A stretch of DNA of 64,000 nucleotides from an uncultured virus (IMG/VR IMGVR_UViG_2061766007_000547) (lineage: Duplodnaviria > Heunggongvirae > Uroviricota > Caudoviricetes): the IMG/VR virus record IMGVR_UViG_2061766007_000547; one strand, given 5' to 3'. How positions within the stretch are numbered: position 1 is the first letter of the stretch; each line of letters starts with the position of its first letter. This document shows, one piece after another, positions 10,027 through 19,428 of the stretch. The notes under the pieces are model-generated. The model saw nothing but the letters and a program-made list of their open reading frames with translations. It had not been told where the DNA came from and searched no databases. Both the position numbers and the translations under genes were made by a program.

Positions 10027-10102
10027 TGGGCGGACTTGGGTTCGAACCAAAAATTACCGCTCGATATGCGACCAGTTGTATTACCACATATACTATTCGC
10101 CT
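10027..10102 (-). tRNA. Atypical tRNA / tRNA-like RNA, anticodon not assignable
   Basis: AGGCGAA-TA-GTAT(ATGTGGTA)ATAC-A-[21-nt anticodon arm]-AATT-TTTGG(TTCGAAC)CCAAG-TCCGCCC-A; the acceptor stem has two A.C mismatches. Confidence 0.6.
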
Positions 10103-10108
10103 AACAGT

Positions 10109-10588
10109 TTACTGCGTATCGGTACTGCCCATACCGCCATTACGAACTGCGATTGCGTCGTCGTCAAATGTTATACCATAAGGAACGAAAACGCCTTGTG
10201 CAAATGCTTGCCCCTCTGTAATGGTCACAATCTTGTCGCCATTATTGACTAGCTTGATCATAATATGACCTTCATTATCTGAATAATAATAATCTGAATC
10301 AATAATACCAACAGTATTTGCAAGCCCCAATCTAAAATTGAAGCCCAGTCCACTTCTGGGGAACAACATTAATGTCCAGCCTTCGTCAATACGACATCTG
10401 ATCCCAGTAGGGACAACGATCTCAGTATTAGGCTGCAATCTAAAAGTCATTGTAGAATAAAAATCATAGCCTGCTGAACCAGTAGTTGCCCGCTTAGGCA
10501 GCTTAATATAATCATAGCCAGCAGCCCCAGGAACGATCTGACTCCACTGCTCTTTACTAACCTTTTCAAATCTTGCCATTTTTTCCAC
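10109..10588 (-). CDS. dut: Trimeric dUTPase
   Basis: SAGYDF, PRSGLG, VGIIDSDYY, FAQG, RNGGMGSTD. Confidence 0.95.
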   Translation of the reverse strand: MEKMARFEKVSKEQWSQIVPGAAGYDYIKLPKRATTGSAGYDFYSTMTFRLQPNTEIVVPTGIRCRIDEGWTLMLFPRSGLGFNFRLGLANTVGIIDSDYYYSDNEGHIMIKLVNNGDKIVTITEGQAFAQGVFVPYGITFDDDAIAVRNGGMGSTDTQ

Positions 10589-10746
10589 GTTTTGTTACCT
10601 CCTTATTTTTCATCTTGTTATGATATGGACAAGGCTTCACCCTGTCAACATAATAATCTTCATATTCATCAAGTGTAAAGTTATTGATCATGTCGCATTT
10701 AACAGATTGATTGTGTTTACAGTTGTCGCAATCAGTTTTTCTCATA

Positions 10747-11169
10747 TTAATCTCCGTTTAAGAAATTTTTTGATAAATACTGTTCTAACTCATCGATATC
10801 TTTACATATATGCATAGCGGCGATCTTCCACCACGGATGCAATGTATCTTTTGGTTTTTGTTCTGTGTGTACTCCAATGATTGGTATGCCTTTTTCATAT
10901 GCTATACCTAATTCCCATGATGTACCTAAACTAGTCGGGTGTGAAAAATCACATACTACAACATCGCTTCTTTTAAGCTGCCACAAGTCCCACATCATAC
11001 AGCCTTTTTCAATAGCCTCTGTAAATGTTTTGACGTGTGGGATATGATCGCACGGATTGATGACTTTCCACTCTGAACGCCGTTCAATACGATTTTTGAT
11101 ATCGAACCTCCAACGCTCAGCTGTATCCCAGTCAAGCCCAGTAATTGCTCCAGCCAAATAAATCTGCAT
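10747..11169 (-). CDS. Nucleoside 2-deoxyribosyltransferase-like / nucleotide N-hydrolase
   Basis: IYLAG, INP, DL..LKRSDVV, SLGTSWELGIAYEKGIPII; start set by RBS GGAGG. Confidence 0.85.
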   Translation of the reverse strand: MQIYLAGAITGLDWDTAERWRFDIKNRIERRSEWKVINPCDHIPHVKTFTEAIEKGCMMWDLWQLKRSDVVVCDFSHPTSLGTSWELGIAYEKGIPIIGVHTEQKPKDTLHPWWKIAAMHICKDIDELEQYLSKNFLNGD

Positions 11170-11188
11170 ATATTTCCTCCAATAAAAA

Positions 11189-11276
11189 ACTGACAGAATG
11201 TTTAGCAACACACACTATATGCCTGTAAGCCCTTAGGTGCTCATTCCTTGGTGTTCTAAAACTATCTCCTGTCAGT
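11189..11276 (-). ncRNA. Candidate structured leader RNA
   Basis: Nested stems ACTGACAGGA/TTCTGTCAGT, TTTAG/CTAAA, AACAC/GTGTT, TGAGC/GCTTA, followed by a U-run. Confidence 0.45.
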
Positions 11277-11283
11277 CTTTGAC

Positions 11284-11604
11284 TTAGTTATTCTGTTCTT
11301 TTAAATGGTTGATCAGGCGATTTATATACCATCGGGCAGACATTAAATCCTTTAGTCCGTTCTTTTTCTTCCATCTGCATAAGCATTCAAGTGCATGCGC
11401 CGTACAGATTGCTTCTTGTCCACTCAGATCTGCGGTAACAGCTTCTATAAAATCTATTGCTCGCGGCTCTTTGCTGTCTGACTGAGTGGAAGCTGGGGTT
11501 TCAGGTTGAGCCTTCTTCATTCTTTCAGCCTTTTCCTGTTCTAATACTTCCTTAGGTTTAGGATTTTTGCCCTTATATCTTTTTGATACTTCAAAATCTG
11601 CCAT
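11284..11604 (-). CDS. DUF3310-like (T7 gp1.7 nucleotide kinase-related) protein, divergent
   Basis: RWKKKNGLKDLMSARWYINRLI. Confidence 0.65.
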   Translation of the reverse strand: MADFEVSKRYKGKNPKPKEVLEQEKAERMKKAQPETPASTQSDSKEPRAIDFIEAVTADLSGQEAICTAHALECLCRWKKKNGLKDLMSARWYINRLINHLKEQNN

Positions 11605-11605
11605 G

Positions 11606-11842
11606 TTATTCTCCTTTATCATTTTTATCCTTAAACTCTTTTAATGCCTGCACTGCGTCCGATCGTGTCCTAAATACATATGTATCTATCATATCTTCGG
11701 TAAAGATCATCGCCTGTTTGGTCTTAACGTCAACGCCTACATAATAAGAGTTTGTTACGGTTCGTATGATTAGTTCTAAGCACTCGTATATTCCACATGG
11801 AGGAACTACAGTGCAATAGAAACAAACACTGCCTATATCCAT
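11606..11842 (-). CDS. Hypothetical protein
   Basis: RBS AAGGAG; TG-TATAAT promoter just upstream. Confidence 0.65.
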   Translation of the reverse strand: MDIGSVCFYCTVVPPCGIYECLELIIRTVTNSYYVGVDVKTKQAMIFTEDMIDTYVFRTRSDAVQALKEFKDKNDKGE

Positions 11843-11874
11843 TGTATTTCTCCTTGTAATCATTATACCAAAGG

Positions 11875-12052
11875 CAAGAGCGTCATCAAAACGAGGCAAA
11901 GGAGAACAAAAGATGACGCTCTTGACGGAGGTTTGTCGCACACATGTAAACCTTCCTGCGGCTATGACACCGACTTGGCGACGCTACCAGTTCTTTCCGA
12001 TAAAGACAGGAAGGCATTTCTTAAGAAGTCTAACATATGGGTATTATCACCA
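11875..12052 (-). ncRNA. Candidate ~180-nt small RNA
   Basis: Has its own sigma-A promoter; stems CCTTCCTG/CAGGAAGG and a perfect 13-bp CAAGAGCGTCATC/GATGACGCTCTTG. Confidence 0.45.
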
Positions 12053-12057
12053 TAAAA

Positions 12058-12086
12058 AATATAACATACCCTTATGTTTTTGTCAA
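12058..12086 (-). promoter_or_regulatory. Sigma-A promoter
   Basis: TTGACA-17-TATATT with extended TG. Confidence 0.7.
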
Positions 12087-12123
12087 CTTAATTTTCAACT
12101 TGTTTTATACGTTCTGTAGTAAT

Positions 12124-13956
12124 TTATATAACATTTTGTGTTTCCATATTTAATATTGAAAACTCACTGATAATCTGTTCATATTGATCATCGCGTTGTT
12201 TCCACTTATTGTTCTCGTCTTTGTACCATTTGCGATCCTGCTTGACAGAGTAAATCTTAACGATCATACCGATATCAAACAGGTTCTTTTTTGCAAACTT
12301 GATCTTAAATATTTTACCTGTTTTTAATTGATATAACTGTCCAGTCCTGCCCTGTTTATCAATAATAAAGTAACAGCTTTTTTCAAGGTTGGGAAATACT
12401 CTACTAAGAGTATTTGTAGCTTCAAATTCATACTCAGCTGCCTCAATATCATTTGCTGGTTCTGGCGTTATATCCTTAATTGCAGTTCTGGTTAGTTCAA
12501 TCTTGGCTTTTCTGTTCTTATTTTCTTTGTAGGCGTCTAATATCTTCATCAGATATTTAATCGAGCCAAATTCCGAAAAGAAATTGAGCTTTACCAGTAT
12601 CTCAATCTGACGTAAGTTAACTTTATGCTCGGTTGCCCGTGCTATCAAGTCCACAAAATCATCAAATAATTCTACACGCATAGTATAAAGATTTTCAGAT
12701 GCGGTCTTGTTCATATACTTAACACCGAACAGCCCTTTATATATGGTGTGTTGTTGAGGATCACATCGATAATCCCATGTTGATTCTCTGAATTTAATAT
12801 CGACAATATTAATGCCTAATGACTGAGCCAACGCCCTACCATTGTTAAAATCGTCCTGATTTTTTGCACATGTAAGGAATGATGTGCAATATTCAACAGG
12901 ATAGTAATGACGATAATAGCCACAAAGATATGTAAGCAAGCTATAACCTAATGCATGGTTATAATTAAACATATAACTGCTGGCGTCCTCGATAACCTTT
13001 AAGAATTTCTTTGCTTCTGCTTCAGCTATCTCACGAGGCTTGTCTGATTTAGCACAATAGCCTTCTAAAATCTTAGGCATTGCTGCTTCAATCTTTGCCA
13101 GATCTTTCTTTCCTATTGCTCGTCTGATACTATCAGCGTCAGAACCACTAAAACCGCAGATATACTGCAAGAATGCCGTAACCTGTTCCTGATAAACCAA
13201 GAAACAATAACTATCTTTAAGTAGATTGTTGATAATTTCTGAACCATTATCATTGATTTCATGCCTAAAGAGCCTATCTCTATATGAGGCGCCTCCTGGT
13301 CTTAATGCTGCATTAGTTAATGTGATATCATCAATACTATGGCAATTCATCTTTTTAAAACAGTCGGCAGCATAATCTGATTCAAACTGAAATATAGCCA
13401 ACTGATTGTTAACCATATCGTCAAATACTGCCTGATCTGTAAAATCAATTTCTTCAGCCTTAGGGAAATGCCGTCCTATCATCTGGCAAACCTTATCAAT
13501 AACACCAATTGTTTTTAAGCCCAGTATGTCATACTTGATCAATCCGATATGATGCGATTCGTCCATATCCAATGGAATGATCTCTTGTCCATCAGAACCA
13601 ATAAATTTACTGCATAGGTCTGATAATACTACAGGACTTGCTATAATGCCAGCAGGGTGTTGGGATTGTGAAACAGGAGTATCTATAATGCCGTCATAAT
13701 AATAGAAAAGATCAGGATATTTATTGCGGGCTGCCTGAGGATCACTTTCAAATTCCTCCTTAATACCCATCATATCGTCCAGTTTATATCGACAATTGGG
13801 TTTCATTTTTCTCAAGCCACGGGCGATAGTATCAATGGTGCTTTTAGATGATAATGTACCAAATGCTACAATGTAGGCAGTCTTATCAGTACCAAAACGA
13901 TTAGTGATATAATCATAAATCTTTTGACGGTCATCCTCATACCAATCTGTGTCAAT
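12124..13956 (-). CDS. dnaE: DNA polymerase III alpha subunit, exon 2
   Basis: Frame opens IDTDWYEDDRQKIY...; SQHPAGII, GLIKYDILGL, IFQFES, LVYQEQ, YMFNYNHA. Confidence 0.93.
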   Translation of the reverse strand: MDTDWYEDDRQKIYDYITNRFGTDKTAYIVAFGTLSSKSTIDTIARGLRKMKPNCRYKLDDMMGIKEEFESDPQAARNKYPDLFYYYDGIIDTPVSQSQHPAGIIASPVVLSDLCSKFIGSDGQEIIPLDMDESHHIGLIKYDILGLKTIGVIDKVCQMIGRHFPKAEEIDFTDQAVFDDMVNNQLAIFQFESDYAADCFKKMNCHSIDDITLTNAALRPGGASYRDRLFRHEINDNGSEIINNLLKDSYCFLVYQEQVTAFLQYICGFSGSDADSIRRAIGKKDLAKIEAAMPKILEGYCAKSDKPREIAEAEAKKFLKVIEDASSYMFNYNHALGYSLLTYLCGYYRHYYPVEYCTSFLTCAKNQDDFNNGRALAQSLGINIVDIKFRESTWDYRCDPQQHTIYKGLFGVKYMNKTASENLYTMRVELFDDFVDLIARATEHKVNLRQIEILVKLNFFSEFGSIKYLMKILDAYKENKNRKAKIELTRTAIKDITPEPANDIEAAEYEFEATNTLSRVFPNLEKSCYFIIDKQGRTGQLYQLKTGKIFKIKFAKKNLFDIGMIVKIYSVKQDRKWYKDENNKWKQRDDQYEQIISEFSILNMETQNVI

Positions 13957-14819
13957 CCTTTATACTCTTATTCACATAAGGGAAGTAGACTATATCTTCA
14001 TCTCGCCTTGACGAGAGGTCTGCGCTTCGGGGTAAGGAATTGCACCTTACCCCTACGTCTTTCGACTAGTCGTTTGAGTTTCTAAATGAGTTATGCTGTT
14101 TCTACAAGTTTATAACCACGATGAGTCTTATGTTTTTCTAACATTGATATTAATAATTCTAAATTATTATCTTGTATGTATTTAATAATCTCACCACGCC
14201 CTTTTAATATTGGAGATTGTGTACCATCGGGAGCAATTAAATACCATAATTTGTAATTTCTTACTGGACTCATTGTTTCATATGAACGATGTAAATTTTC
14301 TTTGTGTGTTACCCACTCAAGATTTGTATAGTGATTGTTATGTTTATTGTGATCTTTATGGTCTATTTCAGCACCATCAAAATAACCAGCAACAAAATAT
14401 TTGCCAACCAATTGATGTATCTGAAAATAAAAATATTGATTGTTTTTACAGCAAAGCATTGATAAGTATCTTTTAGGATTGTTGCGTCCTCGCTGTGCTA
14501 ACTCTCGCAATCCGCTATATCCATTACGATTAGGATTAATGCTGTATGCTTTTCCACTTTCAGTAATAGCATAATTTTCAAACCCGTCAATCACATGCCA
14601 TCGTTCTGTTATTTCTTCAAATCCCATATGCACCACCCTTTCATGATGCATAACTCATTAGCTTACCACAGGATTACCATTACTGGCTTCCCCTGTTAGC
14701 CAAGACACTAACTGTCATTTCCTACAGTTCCTTAATCGTTGTCTTGACACCCTACATTTGTAGGTTCACAGACTTTTTTACTGCATGTCACCATGCAGGG
14801 AGACTATGACACGTTGTTA
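13957..14819 (-). mobile_element. Group I self-splicing intron (863 nt) in dnaE
   Basis: 5' exon ends in U with P1 GGAGAU/GUCUCC; terminal G; P10 GUGUCA/UGACAC; P/Q CUAACAGGGGAA and AAUCCUGUG; R UCAAACGACUA; S AAGAUAUAGUC. Confidence 0.92.
14091..14627 (-). CDS. Intron-encoded NUMOD4-HNH homing endonuclease (I-HmuI-like architecture)
   Basis: ERWHVIDGFENYAITESG (NUMOD4) and IDHKDHNKHNNHYTNLEWVTHKEN (HNH). Confidence 0.9.
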   Translation of the reverse strand: MGFEEITERWHVIDGFENYAITESGKAYSINPNRNGYSGLRELAQRGRNNPKRYLSMLCCKNNQYFYFQIHQLVGKYFVAGYFDGAEIDHKDHNKHNNHYTNLEWVTHKENLHRSYETMSPVRNYKLWYLIAPDGTQSPILKGRGEIIKYIQDNNLELLISMLEKHKTHRGYKLVETA

Positions 14820-15992
14820 ATCTCCAGCTTCGACTCTGTGTTCATTACAAAATCGAGAAAAAATTGTTCGCCACTTAATAGGATCAACATCTGTAATATT
14901 AGCTATATAAGCTACTATACTGCCCGATACTGATCCTCTTGAAAATCCAGTAGCTATATGCTGATCTCTCGCCCATGTCATCATTTCCGACATGAATAAC
15001 ATAAAGCCTATCATATTGACTTTCTTAAAGACAGCCATTTCCTCGTTAATTCTATTCAGATATTCTTTATCATCTGGTATGACGCCTCGCTCAAGCTTGT
15101 CTTGATAGTTTTTATGGATAACGTCCCAAAGGACTTCTTCATCTTTATCGCCATATAAATATGGATATTTGTCATGGGTGTCAATGACAATCTCCTCACA
15201 GCTATCAGCCATAACATTAGTATTGTCAATGGCTTCAAGGATAGTGTCTTTTGACATAACTCCTTGTGCCAAGAATGCCTCAACAAGCTGATCATAAGTT
15301 TTAAAGGTTAGATCACAGGCATTTTCAGGATCGCCCCATTCTGATTCAGTCTTGCCATATTGAAGCATTGTTCTGCACTCAGCTTTGTATTGATTGAGGC
15401 TATGAGTATCTGTACCAGCTATCAAAGGTTTGTGATATATAGTTGAATAGCCACAGAGCAACTTGGTATATTCAATATTATCTTCAAATGTATGATATTG
15501 TACTTCATAATAATCATACTTTTTTAATAAAGCGTCCATAATCTCTGGATTGTCTTTAAGTTTCCAGAGTGGTGATTGAATACAAGCTGATATCTTAATG
15601 ATATTGTCACTGATATTTAAAAACTCATCAACTGATATTCTTGGCTTGTAGTAGAAATGGTCAGGCTGGCTGGCTAGAAAACAAAGATTATTAAGCTCTG
15701 CAAAGCCCTTCATATTCTTAGCTATCAGGACAGTGTGCATATTATCTCGTATCTTTTGGTTGTGTGATATAGTCACATAACATTCGATGCCGTGAAGATA
15801 CTTGATGTTGTACTGCTTACACAAATTATATCGTAAGCCCCAATTATACAGATTTCCATGGTTCGATATACATATGGCTTTCATGCCCAGTTCAGAAGCT
15901 TTCTTGATGTAATCTTCTGGAGACGTACAGGAATCGAGAAGGCTATAATAGTCGTGAGAGTGGTACATCACGAAATTAGCCACCATCATCAC
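14820..15992 (-). CDS. dnaE: DNA polymerase III alpha subunit, exon 1 (PHP domain to palm)
   Basis: HSHDYYSLLD, HGIECY, GTDTH, GFSRGSVSGS, FSRFCN..R..GD. Confidence 0.93.
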
Positions 15993-16013
15993 CTACCTTT
16001 ATTCATATTCTAT

Positions 16014-17108
16014 TTAAAACAAATCATCTGTTTCTTTCTGATTATCCAATGTAGCAAGATAATCGTGAATATATGGACATTGTGCTGCATGCTGACACAA
16101 ACACTCGCAGAAAAATGAGTCACGAACAACCTTTCCGTTTTTCTGTGTTCTTGTAAACTCTCTATGTGAGTATGCCGTTTCGTCTTTACCCTTAAGAGAT
16201 TCCCAAAGCGCTATTGTATCAGCAATATACTTCTTGCAATCATCAATTGCCTCTTGAGTTACTTCGTATTCTACTAAGCATGGCTCAATTTTAAACTCGT
16301 TTTGTATATGTTCAGGCAATACGCTGATATCATTAGTTTCAACAAACTGTTTTAATATCAGATCATTGCCGACCTCATCGGGATCAAGCTTTTCGGTTAC
16401 ATATTTAAGTAATTCAGAGCCGATCTTTCTACGTTCAACAATCTTAGTAGCCAGCTGCCCTTTTTTATTGCGATATGTGGCATTAACATACTTCATAAAG
16501 TGCCATGCAATCTTATTGACTTTAAAGCCTTCCTGCTGTTTGGCAAGCATATACACAAGCAGCTGTTTAGCATGTTCTTCTAATGCTACACTTGAATACA
16601 TACTGGAAGTTTTGTGGTCGTAAATGTCTATTGTGCCGTCAAAGTGACAATCAATAAGGTCTATATAGCCTCTAAGATAATGTCCGTCGTCTGTTTTATA
16701 TATGAATAGCTGTTCAGTTTCATACTTACCCTCTGCCATTTTGTAATGATTGCAAAAGTGTGTCATATCCTGCAGCCAGCTATCTCTTATCTGTTCACTG
16801 GGAAATTTAAAGCCGAAAAGTTCAGCGTCGAGCATTTCAGATTCAAGAGCTGGCAATAAGTCTTTTTCAGTAGCCTCGCCCCTTGCGATAGATTCAAGCA
16901 CCTCATGCATTTTAGTTCCTGCAATAGCATAGATATTGTTGGCGCCCTTCTCGCCTTTGATATATGTTAAATAACTGCCGTATAAACAGTTATTGATACT
17001 GTCTAATTTAGATATGGAATAAAGCTCTATGCCCTGTTCCTGTAATTCCTGTATCCTTTTATCATCAGCACGATCCATTATGTTCTTTCTCCCATTCTTC
17101 TTCATCAA
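16014..17108 (-). CDS. Cas4-like PD-(D/E)XK exonuclease
   Basis: SISKL...C, GTKMHEVLE, GYIDLI, IYDHKTS, QLLVY, C-terminal CxxxC...C; start may be the later MDRADD. Confidence 0.85.
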   Translation of the reverse strand: MMKKNGRKNIMDRADDKRIQELQEQGIELYSISKLDSINNCLYGSYLTYIKGEKGANNIYAIAGTKMHEVLESIARGEATEKDLLPALESEMLDAELFGFKFPSEQIRDSWLQDMTHFCNHYKMAEGKYETEQLFIYKTDDGHYLRGYIDLIDCHFDGTIDIYDHKTSSMYSSVALEEHAKQLLVYMLAKQQEGFKVNKIAWHFMKYVNATYRNKKGQLATKIVERRKIGSELLKYVTEKLDPDEVGNDLILKQFVETNDISVLPEHIQNEFKIEPCLVEYEVTQEAIDDCKKYIADTIALWESLKGKDETAYSHREFTRTQKNGKVVRDSFFCECLCQHAAQCPYIHDYLATLDNQKETDDLF

Positions 17109-17218
17109 CAGTGTCGGTAAAGTTAATATAATTATCTATTACTTCATCAAGATTGGGTTCGTCCTTTCTCATCTTGATATTTTTTAGCATGGCAACAACC
17201 CGCCAACGTTTGATGCTG

Positions 17219-17578
17219 TCACTCTTCATGTACTACCTCCTCACATGCTAAGCAATTTTTAACGATCTTGTTAATTAAAGATATGAGTTCCGTTTTATGT
17301 TTGATCTTAGACTTTGAAGTGCCGTATGCTGGTATCAACGCCCTAAAAAATCTCTGTGTGATATATGGCGAGAAATAATATTTGCAAGAAATACTTCCCT
17401 CTTTTAAGACCATTTCTGAAGTATCTTCTTTATGTTCGATACAGACATCATATGTTCTATTATCAACTGAAAAGAAAACTGCCATCAGGCTATACGACAG
17501 TTTATCTTCTTTAGACGTGACCGATGTGATAACTGTAAACTGATCTTCTAAAATGTCATCAGGTATTATCCTGTCCAT
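17219..17578 (-). CDS. Hypothetical protein
   Basis: RBS GGAGG before MDRIIP. Confidence 0.6.
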   Translation of the reverse strand: MDRIIPDDILEDQFTVITSVTSKEDKLSYSLMAVFFSVDNRTYDVCIEHKEDTSEMVLKEGSISCKYYFSPYITQRFFRALIPAYGTSKSKIKHKTELISLINKIVKNCLACEEVVHEE

Positions 17579-17721
17579 GATGATTACCCTCCGATGTCGA
17601 TAGTATTCTTCGCCAGCATTGCCTCCCCTTATCAATATCACAATCGTGCTGGCAGTCAATTGTAATATTGGACATATCCTGCTTAGTTTCGCAGGGTTTG
17701 CCATATTTATGAACCATAAAT

Positions 17722-18309
17722 TCAACAATGGCGTCTTTGATCATTGTCATTCATATTCCTCTTTCGTTCAACTGTTACAATGGTATCGTTATGATGACCG
17801 CCATGAGCAACTAACAGAATTTCTATAATATCAAAGCCGTATTTACTGCCAATGCCACCACTATTCCAGCCGCAAGTAATAACGATACCATTGGGCTTTA
17901 CTATTCTGCCAATTTGTTCTTTATGCTTAGACCAGTATGAAGCCTGTGTTGTTTGCATATTAACTGTTTGATTGAGCCTTTTATAACATTCAGCCACCTG
18001 TCTTGGTGAGTAAGGCGGATCATACAGGACAGTATCTATGCTCTCATCGTCAAACTGTTTAAGAAAATCTAAGGCGTCAAGATGATAATCTGTATCATAC
18101 TGTTCATCAAGGTCGTTGGTAATAGTCGCCAGCTTATTCTTATTGGCAAACGGATCAATGCTGCGTCCATATATATACTTCTTAATTATCGTCCCGATTG
18201 GTTTTATATCAAAAGTATTGCTGTTAGGCATAGCCCATTCACGATTAATTATCATTCTTTGATACCTTCTGTTTAAAGTTGTAGTGGTATAATGCCCGAT
18301 CCTACTCAT
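17722..18309 (-). CDS. Phage adenine-specific DNA methyltransferase-like protein
   Basis: WAMPNSNTF, IDPFAN, VLYDPPYS. Confidence 0.8.
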   Translation of the reverse strand: MSRIGHYTTTTLNRRYQRMIINREWAMPNSNTFDIKPIGTIIKKYIYGRSIDPFANKNKLATITNDLDEQYDTDYHLDALDFLKQFDDESIDTVLYDPPYSPRQVAECYKRLNQTVNMQTTQASYWSKHKEQIGRIVKPNGIVITCGWNSGGIGSKYGFDIIEILLVAHGGHHNDTIVTVERKRNMNDNDQRRHC

Positions 18310-18746
18310 ATTTTATTCTCTGCAAAGGGATTAGGCTCGCCTGCTATCTCATATGCTTCCCCAAGTTCTTTAATAAACTCTTCTTTGGTCTGTCCTTCTC
18401 TGATACCAACCAATACACTGGGTGGAAGAATCATACTTTGATATGTGCAATGCCATAAGTGCAGACAGTTTTCTTTATTGTTGACATACTGAGCTTTAGG
18501 CGGGTGTATCTGGACAACAGCCTCATCGTCTTTAAAGAAAAGATCGCGAATATAACACATTTCACTCCATTCAGGAATAATATGATTTTTAAAAGGGCTG
18601 ACGCTTACATGATCCCAGCCAGCACCAGTTGAACAAACTACGCTGCCTGACCATCTATATAAATGTATTGTGCCACTAAATCCATCAGCACTTTGATGCA
18701 TAACATTAATCTTCTGGCTTGCCAGAATTTCTTCTCTTGTTTTCAT
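18306..18746 (-). CDS. Conserved phage protein (WDHVSVS...P.W.EMC...CLHLW family)
   Basis: Recognisable family motif; function unknown. Confidence 0.7.
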   Translation of the reverse strand: MKTREEILASQKINVMHQSADGFSGTIHLYRWSGSVVCSTGAGWDHVSVSPFKNHIIPEWSEMCYIRDLFFKDDEAVVQIHPPKAQYVNNKENCLHLWHCTYQSMILPPSVLVGIREGQTKEEFIKELGEAYEIAGEPNPFAENKI

Positions 18747-18978
18747 GTAATACCTCTTTTCTAAAGCGTTTGTAATATGGGCATTCTTTACACTTCTCAG
18801 CACCAGATATGCTCTTGCATACACCATAAAATGCCCGACGTTTATAAACACTTTGATTGTAACATTGATAATAATAGGCTGCGTCCTCTGTTTTGATTAC
18901 AAAAACCATTAATATAACAAATGCAACCATTATTAATAATAATATCAGCCACGATTCAATCCCCATAACATCACCCAT
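18706..18978 (-). CDS. Membrane-anchored Cys-containing small protein
   Basis: N-terminal TM segment; paralogue of 19210..19419. Confidence 0.65.
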   Translation of the reverse strand: MGDVMGIESWLILLLIMVAFVILMVFVIKTEDAAYYYQCYNQSVYKRRAFYGVCKSISGAEKCKECPYYKRFRKEVLHENKRRNSGKPED

Positions 18979-19213
18979 TCTCAACAGTATCAATTACAGG
19001 CGGATCACCTTCTAAGATGTATGTTGCAAATGTTGTCATTTGACCAAAACGGTTCGCCTGTTTTGTATTTTCTGTTTTGATCTTGTATCCGTCACTGCGT
19101 AAATCCCAAATTCTTGCGCCCAATCTCCTGATAGCATAGTTTCTATATGCTTCAAGGTCTGTAATCTTACCAAATCTCTGAAGATGTTGTAATACCGCTT
19201 CTTTTTGTGTCAT
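18971..19213 (-). CDS. Winged-HTH DNA-binding protein (HTH_39-like)
   Basis: ITDLEA...IRRLGARIWDLRSDGYKI. Confidence 0.8.
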   Translation of the reverse strand: MTQKEAVLQHLQRFGKITDLEAYRNYAIRRLGARIWDLRSDGYKIKTENTKQANRFGQMTTFATYILEGDPPVIDTVENG

Positions 19214-19419
19214 ACTTTCTCCTTTTGATAATTTTTTCTGTATTTACAATGCTTGCATATGTCACTTTCATTACTACTTTTGCATTTAAAATCATATGCC
19301 ATACCTTTAAACTCTTGCCTGAGATAACATTGATAATAGTTGCTTTCTTTTATCGCCGCCAACTCTGAAAGGAATATCAAAATGCCAATAAGCAATAAAA
19401 CAGCTATTATTATTCTCAT
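19210..19419 (-). CDS. Membrane-anchored Cys-containing small protein
   Basis: TM segment followed by YYQCY...CK...CKHC. Confidence 0.65.
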   Translation of the reverse strand: MRIIIAVLLLIGILIFLSELAAIKESNYYQCYLRQEFKGMAYDFKCKSSNESDICKHCKYRKNYQKEKV

Positions 19420-19428
19420 AATGTCACC

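Noticed and set aside
11189..11276. Glycine riboswitch assignment
   Set aside because: Only a partial resemblance; the GAAGG/CUCUCAGG core is not matched
12124..15992. Split intein, frameshift or pseudogene in dnaE
   Set aside because: No intein terminal motifs; group I intron signals restore the frame exactly
16014..17108. CRISPR-Cas locus
   Set aside because: Solo Cas4-like nuclease; no other cas genes or repeat-spacer array seen
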